IMG/VR virus record: IMGVR_UViG_3300045988_005058
Source: a virus
Direction: 5' to 3' (one strand)
DNA length: 5,980 nt
Shown: in pieces, positions 1 through 5,644 of the stretch
How positions within the stretch are numbered: the stretch's first letter is position 1
Layout: each line of letters opens with the position of its first letter
Notes under the pieces: generated by a model
Told to the model about the DNA's origin: nothing
What the model saw: the letters and a program-made list of their open reading frames with translations, nothing else
Databases searched by the model: none
Program-made: the position numbers and the translations under genes

Positions 1-1415
1 ACATGTTCGGCGAAAACGACACCAACTACTGGGCAGAAAAAACCGAATATTCCACACCGAAAACCAAAATTGAAGGAAAGGGCATCGGTAACGGAACAAT
101 CGGGGATTACTTCGGAATCCCAACAAATGTACCGCTGGAAGTAAACGCGCTACCGGCACGCGCCTACGCGATGATTTATAATGAGTGGTTCAGAGATGAA
201 AACCTTGAAGCACCAATAATGATAGGATACAAGAAAACTGACGACGGAGGTATATCAGCAGAACCAGAAGCAGACGAAGCAAAATACGCCAATAAACCAG
301 AATTTACTGCAACCGCATCAGAAGGTGCACTATACGCAACGAAACCCGCCAAAGCGGGCAAATTTCACGACTACTTCACCAGCTGTTTGCCAAGCCCGTT
401 AAAAAATGACCCTGTGGAAATCAGCATGACAGGCAATGCACCGGTAGCATTCTTTAGTGGCACCGACCTGACCGAAATCTGTAATTTAAACAAAGATATC
501 TACATGGACGGAACAGGAACTGCAGCGCCGAAAATAAGACAATGGCCACGGGCAGATGGCGGCGCAACGGTACTAGTCGACGGCGCAACGGTATCAGGAG
601 GAACGACAAACAATCACGCTTACCTGGGCGCAGACTTAAGTAACGTAAGTGCAATTAGCATTCAGGACTTAAGAATGGCAATAGCCTTGCAACACATTTT
701 TGAAGCAGATGCACGAAACGGCACGCGATACCGTGAGTTCCTGTCTGGTACATGGGGCGTAACGAGTCCGGACAGCCGTATGCAGATTCCTGAATACATC
801 GGTGGACAGCGCATTGCAATCAATGTAAATCAGGTTGTGCAGACGAGCCAGACGGACCCGACAACCGGACAGGCACTAGGCAATACGGCAGCATACAGCC
901 TGACCACGTGCAGCAAGCAGATGGTGGACTATGCAGCGACCGAATACGGCTACATCATCGGACTGGCAGTAGTACGAGTGGAACACAGCTACCAACAAGG
1001 GCTAGCAACCAAGTGGACACGTGGCGGGCGGTTCACGTACTATGACCCGCGACTAGCAGCTTTAGGCGAACAACCGGTATATAACCGTGAAATCTATGCA
1101 CAGGGCACGGCAGAAGATAACCAAATCTTTGGGTATCAGGAATGCTGGGCGGACTACCGCTACAAGCCTTCCTACGTAACCGGAGAAATGCGATCTAACT
1201 ATAAGACCAGTTTGGATGCATGGCACTATGCGGACGATTACGAAAAGCTTCCGCGTCTCTCGGCGGAGTGGATTCAAGAAGGACAACAGAACATTGACCG
1301 AACGATTTCAGTAACAAGCGAAAGAAGCCACCAGTTCTTGTGTGACTTCTACTTCAGCGAAGACTGGTATCGTGAAATGCCTATTTACAGCATTCCCGGC
1401 ATCGAGAGAATCTAA
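1..1415 (+). CDS. VP1: Major capsid protein VP1 (F-like), C-terminal about 471 codons; the 5' part lies at 5628-5902 of the same circle
   Basis: Frame 3 is open from the window edge to TAA 1413-1415. The translation MFGENDTNYW... continues the motif FFFVPCR-LLWEHWENMFGEN seen at 5859-5920, which is the conserved FFVPxRxxWxxWxxFxGE region of microvirus capsids as I recall it. The total of about 560 aa is typical of gokushovirus-type VP1. Confidence 0.9.
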   Translation, partial: MFGENDTNYWAEKTEYSTPKTKIEGKGIGNGTIGDYFGIPTNVPLEVNALPARAYAMIYNEWFRDENLEAPIMIGYKKTDDGGISAEPEADEAKYANKPEFTATASEGALYATKPAKAGKFHDYFTSCLPSPLKNDPVEISMTGNAPVAFFSGTDLTEICNLNKDIYMDGTGTAAPKIRQWPRADGGATVLVDGATVSGGTTNNHAYLGADLSNVSAISIQDLRMAIALQHIFEADARNGTRYREFLSGTWGVTSPDSRMQIPEYIGGQRIAINVNQVVQTSQTDPTTGQALGNTAAYSLTTCSKQMVDYAATEYGYIIGLAVVRVEHSYQQGLATKWTRGGRFTYYDPRLAALGEQPVYNREIYAQGTAEDNQIFGYQECWADYRYKPSYVTGEMRSNYKTSLDAWHYADDYEKLPRLSAEWIQEGQQNIDRTISVTSERSHQFLCDFYFSEDWYREMPIYSIPGIERI

Positions 1416-1425
1416 GAAAGGAGGA

Positions 1426-1451
1426 AGCCCCGCAAAAGCGGGGCTATTTTT
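1426..1451 (+). terminator. Intrinsic terminator after VP1 (probably leaky)
   Basis: Perfect 8-bp GC-rich stem AGCCCCGC (1426-1433) / GCGGGGCT (1438-1445), loop AAAA, followed by A then T5 (1447-1451). Confidence 0.75.
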
Positions 1452-1453
1452 GA

Positions 1454-2326
1454 ATGGAGACATTATTAAAATTTATGCCGTACCTCATGAAAGGACTAAG
1501 CCTACTGACGGGCATCATCACAAACAGTAACATGAGCAGCGCCAAAGACAACCAAGCATCAGGCAGCGAGACCACAACAGGCAGCGAGACCACAACAGGC
1601 AGCGTAACAGCACCACAGCAAATCGGTGCAACACAAATAAGCACGCCAACAGGTATTGCAACATTCAACAACCAGAGCAGCGTAAACACCGCAAACGCAC
1701 TGCAAATGATGAGCGGACTACTGAGCAACCTTGCGAATGCTGGAAGCCAAGCAAGCGCCAAGAAATACAACAGTGCAGAAGCGGCAGCAGAGCGAGCATT
1801 TCAAAAGGAAATGAGAGGGACAGCCTATCAAGACACCGTAAAGGACATGATCGCAGCGGGCATCAATCCTATTTTGGCAGCGACCAACGGCGCAACAAGC
1901 GCACCATCGGGAGCATCTGCGAGCATTGGAAGCCAACGTTATAACCAGCAGAGCGCACAGGCTGCAAGCGTATCCGCAATGTACGAATACGGCAACAACA
2001 CAGCAGAGCTAGCAGACAAATACTTACAGCTGGCAAAACAGGCCACCAGCGCAAAACAGCTTAAAAGCGCGAAAAGCTGGGAACAGGCAGCGAGCGAGAT
2101 GGCAACCTCAAGCGCAAAACAGGCACAACAGTACAGCTATGCAGCCAACAAATTGGGTTCTGGGCTTGCGAAAGCGGGAGAAAAAGCCAAAGACACAATA
2201 AAAAAGGCCGGTAAAGCAGCCAAAGAAGGTGTTGACAAAGTAGCCGAAGATACTGTCAACAAGGCAGCAAGAAGACGCAAACTAATTGATGGGTTCAAAT
2301 CTGGACAACCATACACAGGAGACTAA
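1454..2326 (+). CDS. VP2: Minor capsid / DNA pilot protein VP2 (H-like)
   Basis: 290-aa ORF directly after VP1. It has a hydrophobic N-terminus, Q/A/S-rich low-complexity coiled regions, and the motif AERAFQKEMRGTAYQDTVKDMIAAGINPILA, which matches the conserved pilot-protein core (...ntAYQr.v.DmkaAGlNP.La) as I recall it. Confidence 0.8.
   Translation: METLLKFMPYLMKGLSLLTGIITNSNMSSAKDNQASGSETTTGSETTTGSVTAPQQIGATQISTPTGIATFNNQSSVNTANALQMMSGLLSNLANAGSQASAKKYNSAEAAAERAFQKEMRGTAYQDTVKDMIAAGINPILAATNGATSAPSGASASIGSQRYNQQSAQAASVSAMYEYGNNTAELADKYLQLAKQATSAKQLKSAKSWEQAASEMATSSAKQAQQYSYAANKLGSGLAKAGEKAKDTIKKAGKAAKEGVDKVAEDTVNKAARRRKLIDGFKSGQPYTGD
1560..1604 (+). repeat. 18-nt in-frame tandem repeat, 2.5 copies (CAGGCAGCGAGACCACAA)
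   Basis: Exact copies at 1560-1577 and 1578-1595, plus a partial copy at 1596-1604. They encode GSETTT-GSETTT-GS within VP2. Confidence 0.95.
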
Positions 2327-2332
2327 GAAAGG

Positions 2333-2361
2333 AAGGGGGGTGGAAAACATCCCCCTTTTTT
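2333..2361 (+). terminator. Intrinsic terminator after VP2
   Basis: G-run 2335-2340 pairs with C5 2351-2355, and AA 2333-2334 can pair with the following Ts. The loop is TGGAAAACAT and is followed by T6 (2356-2361). The sequence CTAAGAAAGGA precedes both this hairpin (2323-2333) and the VP1 terminator (1412-1422). Confidence 0.65.
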
Positions 2362-2387
2362 GTAACAATAATCCAAAAAATAAAGAA

Positions 2388-2595
2388 TGTGGAAAACTTG
2401 AGTTTTCAACACTTTCAACAGGTTTTCAACAACAAGTTGCACAAAGAAATTCGTCAAAATGACGAACATTCAACAATTCAACAAGTTTTCAAAAAAGTTT
2501 TCAACAGGCAAAAAGACAATAAATAAACGTAGTAACGTTAAAAAAACGAGTTTTCAACACTTTCAACACTACTACTACTACTCCTACAACAAGTT
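2388..2595 (+). repeat. Iteron-like direct repeat array (core TTCAACA, extended GTTTTCAACA) with embedded palindromes
   Basis: Perfect TTCAACA copies start at 2405, 2414, 2425, 2469, 2477, 2500, 2553 and 2562, with a degenerate TTCAAAA at 2488. GTTTTCAACA occurs at 2402, 2422, 2497 and 2550. The exact 21-mer GAGTTTTCAACACTTTCAACA occurs at 2400-2420 and 2548-2568. Inverted near-copies GTGGAAAAC lie at 2340-2348 and 2389-2397. CAACAAGTT occurs at 2430, 2479 and 2587. (ACT)5 lies at 2568-2582. Confidence 0.95.
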
Positions 2596-2620
2596 AATAT
2601 ATAAAGAAAGCGAGGTGTCA

Positions 2621-2655
2621 ACCGGCACAAGATAGACAAGGAAGCTTGTGCCGGT
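2621..2655 (+). promoter_or_regulatory. Perfect 11-bp hairpin enclosing the rep SD and start codon; candidate translational operator and/or origin hairpin
   Basis: ACCGGCACAAG (2621-2631) is the exact reverse complement of CTTGTGCCGGT (2645-2655). The 13-nt loop ATAGACAAGGAAG contains the SD AAGGAAG (2638-2644). GTG 2648 lies in the 3' arm. Confidence 0.7.
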
Positions 2656-3652
2656 AACAAAAATGCCATGTACAAAACCATTAGTATTTCAGATGGACAC
2701 GAAAAAACCGAAACTGTGGGGAAGTCTGGAGAACCTATCAAAGCAAGGACTACAAACGGACATCATGGACGGAGTCAAAAAAGGAAAATTCGCGTTGTTA
2801 CCATGCGGTAAGTGCGAGTATTGCCGCAAACAGACGGCAGACCAATGGGCAACAAGAATAGAACTAGAAGCCAAAGAGTGGGACGATGTAATTTTTCTAA
2901 CACTGACATATGACAATGATCACATACCTTACGGCGAAATCATCAAAGGCTACAGAAGCATTCAAAGTCAGACAGTAAGCAAGCGAGACGTGCAACTATT
3001 TCTAAAAAGGCTGCGAAAAGCGTACAAGAAACCAATAAAATACTTCCTAGCGGCCGAATACGGCGACAAAACAAAAAGACCACACTATCATGCAATAGTA
3101 TTCGGACTAAAGCCACCGGATGCGCAATGGTATAAGAACCAAAAGGGAAACAGCTATTTTAAAAGCGAATGGTTACAAAAAATCTGGGGCAAGGGCATGA
3201 TAGACTTTTCACCAGCACAACCGGGAAGTTTTGCATACGTAGCGCAGTACGTCAACAAAAAAGCCATAGGTGCAGAGCAAGCGGCAAAATACTGGATGGA
3301 AGGTCGAGAACCTGAGTTTAGAATCATGTCGAAAGGCATCGGCGAAAAGTATCTAAAAGAACACAAAGATGAAATCTTAAAAACAGATAGCATTATCTGT
3401 GCAGGAGGACGCGAGAAAAGGCCGCCACGCTATTTTGATAAGATTCTAGATAAGGATACCAGCCAAGACACAGAAAGCTATTTTAAAGCACATTCTGACG
3501 AGCTAAGAGAGGTTAGAGCCAGACGCAGACGCAGCGCAATACAAAGTTTAATCAATCTCGAACAGAGCACAAGCGTGGATTATGAAACCTATCTCAACAT
3601 TCAGAAAGAAAAGGACAAGCTAAAGCAAAAATGGCGTGAACCAAAAGAATGA
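2648..3652 (+). CDS. VP4: Rolling-circle replication initiator VP4 (phiX gpA-like HUH endonuclease)
   Basis: Motifs: PCGKCEYCR, FLTLTY (2894-2911), HUH as PHYHAIVFG (HYH at 3083-3091), and the double-tyrosine motif YVAQYVNKK (3236-3262), close to phiX gpA YVAKYVNK. The start is ambiguous. GTG 2648 lies 3 nt after AAGGAAG. ATG 2663 gives MPCTKP..., the usual MxCxxP N-terminus, but has no nearby SD. Confidence 0.9.
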   Translation: MPVTKMPCTKPLVFQMDTKKPKLWGSLENLSKQGLQTDIMDGVKKGKFALLPCGKCEYCRKQTADQWATRIELEAKEWDDVIFLTLTYDNDHIPYGEIIKGYRSIQSQTVSKRDVQLFLKRLRKAYKKPIKYFLAAEYGDKTKRPHYHAIVFGLKPPDAQWYKNQKGNSYFKSEWLQKIWGKGMIDFSPAQPGSFAYVAQYVNKKAIGAEQAAKYWMEGREPEFRIMSKGIGEKYLKEHKDEILKTDSIICAGGREKRPPRYFDKILDKDTSQDTESYFKAHSDELREVRARRRRSAIQSLINLEQSTSVDYETYLNIQKEKDKLKQKWREPKE

Positions 3653-3786
3653 CGCGCACAGCGCTAAAAAGGAAAATTTATTAAGCCGAGTTCCGCCTTG
3701 GCTCCACACGGCAGAGCGCTAAAGCGCTTTCAAACCAGAGGAGCAAAACCAGCTACTAATATATCAATTAAAATTTCAAAAAAAAC

Positions 3787-3815
3787 TTGACTTTTTTCAA
3801 AAAATATGATAGAAT
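3787..3815 (+). promoter_or_regulatory. Strong sigma70-type promoter with extended -10
   Basis: -35 TTGACT (3787-3792), a 17-nt spacer, TG at 3807-3808 and -10 TAGAAT (3810-3815). A perfect TATAAT follows at 3815-3820. An A/T-rich UP-like tract lies at 3759-3786. SD AAGGAAGG (3827-3834) and ATG 3843 are downstream. Confidence 0.7.
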
Positions 3816-3842
3816 ATAATCACAGAAAGGAAGGTGCTCAAA

Positions 3843-4040
3843 ATGACACACACCTACGAACTTAGAAGTTGGAACGACGACGGCAGCATGACAACAGTAC
3901 TTAAACTTACAGCAGAACCCAAATATGCAAAAGAAAGAGCAAAGGACTACGCGAACCGGCACCCGGGTCTCTACTCATTAGAAAAAGTAGAAAAGGTAGC
4001 AATGTACCTTACAGAAAAGGAGATTGACGAAAATGCTTAA
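3843..4040 (+). CDS. Hypothetical 65-aa soluble protein, first gene after the promoter
   Basis: ATG 3843 lies 8 nt after AAGGAAGG; the track start at 3834 is a GTG inside the SD. No motif recognised and no hydrophobic segment. Its end overlaps the next gene (ATGCTTAA). Confidence 0.6.
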   Translation: MTHTYELRSWNDDGSMTTVLKLTAEPKYAKERAKDYANRHPGLYSLEKVEKVAMYLTEKEIDENA

Positions 4041-4052
4041 ATGCTATATAAT
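4024..4052 (+). promoter_or_regulatory. Second near-consensus sigma70-like promoter motif overlapping the peptidase start
   Basis: TTGACG (4024-4029), a 17-nt spacer, TATAAT (4047-4052). It is inside coding sequence, so chance is possible. Confidence 0.3.
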
Positions 4053-4425
4053 GGACACAGACGGAAACGTAAAGCTTGGAAGACACTTCAAAGTAAAAGA
4101 ATTTAGCTGCCGTGACGGCAGTCAAGTGGTATTCATAGACGACTACTTATATTCCGTTCTGGACATCCTCCGACATAAACTAGGAAAGCCGGTAATCATA
4201 ACCAGCGGATACAGAACACCAGAATGGAACGCAAAATGCGGTGGAGCAAAATACAGCTATCACATGCGCGGTATGGCAGCAGATATCCGGGTAAATGGAA
4301 TAAGCGCAAAAGAGCTTGCCAACAAACTGGATGAAATCGTACCGGATGGATGCGGCATTATCGTATACAAAAACTGGGTGCACTTTGATGTGCGAACCGG
4401 GAAAAAATACAGAAAGGGGATGTAA
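4033..4425 (+). CDS. Zinc D,D- or L,D-peptidase of the M15 (Peptidase_M15_3 / VanY-like) family, putative peptidoglycan hydrolase
   Basis: HxxxxxxD zinc motif in SYHMRGMAADI (H 4261-4263, D 4282-4284), second His in WVHFDV (H 4381-4383), and the upstream FKVKEFSCRDG element typical of this family. Start ATG 4033 overlaps the previous stop; ATG 4051 is an in-frame alternative. The track start 4024 is a TTG abutting the SD. Confidence 0.8.
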   Translation: MLKCYIMDTDGNVKLGRHFKVKEFSCRDGSQVVFIDDYLYSVLDILRHKLGKPVIITSGYRTPEWNAKCGGAKYSYHMRGMAADIRVNGISAKELANKLDEIVPDGCGIIVYKNWVHFDVRTGKKYRKGM

Positions 4426-4491
4426 CAATGGAACATACCAGCATCAACTGATAATCGAATAACACCATAACCTGGAAAGAAGGATTAGCAA

Positions 4492-4713
4492 ATGACAAAA
4501 GCAACATGGAATGCAAGAGACACTCCCACAGAAGCACTAGAAGAACTACTCGAAAGAAAATACAAAGAAATTAATAGCAACTACAAAATGCTTAAAAAAG
4601 TGACAAAAATAGAAGATGCTAAAAAGCTAGTAGATGAAATATGGCAAATGAAAAGCTTTGCAAACAGCATTGAAGTAGAGCTAATGAGAAGGGAGTATAA
4701 CAGTGGCACATAG
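4492..4713 (+). CDS. Hypothetical 73-aa helical protein
   Basis: ATG 4492 lies 7 nt after AAGGA (4480-4484). The sequence is charged and looks coiled-coil-like. No motif recognised. Confidence 0.6.
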   Translation: MTKATWNARDTPTEALEELLERKYKEINSNYKMLKKVTKIEDAKKLVDEIWQMKSFANSIEVELMRREYNSGT

Positions 4714-4819
4714 AAGCGGAGCGGGTCGAGGCGACCAGAAGAGATTTACCCAGACTGCAAAGCGGGTAAAAAACATCAACGTTCGACCGAAAGTATCACG
4801 AGGCGGAATCAGATTATAA
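4703..4819 (+). CDS. 38-aa highly basic DNA-binding/packaging protein (phiX J-like, SpV4 ORF8-like)
   Basis: Below the ORF-track size cutoff. GTG 4703 lies 7 nt after GGGAG (4691-4695) and overlaps the stop of the previous ORF. Translation: MAHRSGAGRGDQKRFTQTAKRVKNINVRPKVSRGGIRL, with 11 K/R and 1 acidic residue. Its length and C-terminal ...RGGIRL resemble the SpV4 ORF8 tail ...PRGGRRF, recalled from memory. Confidence 0.65.
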   Translation: MAHRSGAGRGDQKRFTQTAKRVKNINVRPKVSRGGIRL

Positions 4820-4848
4820 ACCATACAAACAAAGAAAGGAGGTGTAAA

Positions 4849-4965
4849 ATGGCATTAATCAATGTAAAGGACGTTAAGGAAGCAATTGCGCTGATGATGA
4901 ACATCCTTGAAAAGCTCGACGAAATCTACCACGCACTGAAGGATGCAAACAAAGACAAAGAGTAA
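4849..4965 (+). CDS. Hypothetical 38-aa protein
   Basis: Very strong SD AAGGAGGTG (4836-4844) lies 4 nt before ATG 4849. Translation: MALINVKDVKEAIALMMNILEKLDEIYHALKDANKDKE. No motif recognised. Confidence 0.5.
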   Translation: MALINVKDVKEAIALMMNILEKLDEIYHALKDANKDKE

Positions 4966-4976
4966 AGGGGAAAAAC

Positions 4977-5225
4977 ATGAAACTTAAATTCTACTCATTC
5001 CACGATGCATTGACCAACGGCTACTCACAGCCATTTCTGCAGAACAACAGGGCACAGGCAGTGCGAACGGCACGCTGGAAAGCCAACGAAAGCAAGCCAA
5101 GTGAAGTCGAAGATATTTCGCTCGTAGAACTGGGCGAATTCGACACCGAAACAGGCTACATGAGCGAAGCAATGCCTGAACACATCGCACGGCTCATCGA
5201 CCTGAAGGAGACGGCCAAATGCTAA
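4977..5225 (+). CDS. Small nonstructural protein, VP5-like (phiX C analogue in gokushoviruses)
   Basis: ATG 4977 lies 6 nt after AAAGGGG. The pattern MKxxFYSxxD...PF...N...A.R........ps...D..L.ELGEFDTETG matches my recollection of the conserved small microvirus protein usually labelled VP5. Not verified. Confidence 0.45.
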   Translation: MKLKFYSFHDALTNGYSQPFLQNNRAQAVRTARWKANESKPSEVEDISLVELGEFDTETGYMSEAMPEHIARLIDLKETAKC

Positions 5226-5644
5226 ATCCTAATACACTGGTAAGGTACTACGGTCTACCGACCGAAAGAGTGACAAACAATCCGGGCAGCAAAACCGCAC
5301 CAACGTGGAAAGCAGTAAAGCGACCGAACGGCACTACCGACTACATCCAGCAGCCGGACGAAGACACATACGAAAAAATCCAGCGAGCCGGCGAGGGCTA
5401 CGATCTTGCAAGCGCAATCGCACGGCTGGAAGCGGGAGACACCAGCATCAAGGCAAAAAGCATGGTATATACCGAGGGCACCGACCTTGAAAATCTGCCC
5501 AAGGACATCATGACGATGCACGAAAAGGCCAAAGATGCAGCCGAAACGCTGGAACAGCTGAAACAGATGCAGCAGACCGAACAGCCGAAGCCGAAAGAGG
5601 AAGAAAAAAAAGAGGAGGTGAAAGAAAACGAACCGAAACAGTGA
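5219..5644 (+). CDS. VP3: Putative internal scaffolding protein, VP3-like
   Basis: ATG 5219 lies 8 nt after AAGGAG and overlaps the VP5-like stop. 141 aa, sited immediately upstream of VP1. The central segment DTYEKIQ...DLASAIARLEAGDTS...Y...TDLENLP resembles gokushovirus VP3 as I recall it. It has an acidic/lysine-rich tail. Confidence 0.5.
   Translation: MLNPNTLVRYYGLPTERVTNNPGSKTAPTWKAVKRPNGTTDYIQQPDEDTYEKIQRAGEGYDLASAIARLEAGDTSIKAKSMVYTEGTDLENLPKDIMTMHEKAKDAAETLEQLKQMQQTEQPKPKEEEKKEEVKENEPKQ

Noticed and set aside
1342-1530. 62-aa + strand ORF spanning the VP1 end, the terminator and the VP2 start
   Set aside because: It has a GTG start with no SD, reads straight through the terminator hairpin, and overlaps two supported genes out of frame. 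Likely spurious.
2231-2260. 7-bp inverted repeat GTTGACA...TGTCAAC, including a TTGACA hexamer, within VP2
   Set aside because: The stem is short with a 16-nt spacer, it lies inside coding sequence, and no -10 element is at a suitable distance. Consistent with chance.
2400-2568. Possible CRISPR array, given the exact 21-nt repeat
   Set aside because: There are only two copies, the 127-nt interval is itself filled with shorter versions of the same motif, and no cas genes are present. This is not CRISPR architecture.
2459-2635. 58-aa ORF (MTNIQQFNKFSKKFSTGKK...YYYYSYNK...) running through the repeat array
   Set aside because: No SD. The peptide is simply the translation of the TTCAACA and ACT repeats, so it is low complexity. 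The region is better explained as noncoding regulatory DNA.
3680-3760. Possible tRNA or tRNA-like element in the GC-rich island after rep
   Set aside because: No cloverleaf could be assembled by eye. There are no matching acceptor arms and no T-loop GTTCRA motif.
5305-5490. 61-aa arginine-rich ORF overprinted in the +1 frame of the VP3-like gene
   Set aside because: Overprinting is known in Microviridae and the basic composition is tempting. However, the GTG start has no SD, and the Arg richness follows from CG/AG-rich out-of-frame reading. No support without conservation data.
5604-5621. VP3-VP1 fusion by ribosomal slippage on the A8 run (5604-5611) as an explanation for the missing VP1 start
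   Set aside because: In the VP1 frame a TGA at 5619-5621 lies between the A8 run and the conserved VP1 N-terminus, so a shift at the run cannot yield a fusion. A -1 shift gives only a 35-aa unrelated extension.
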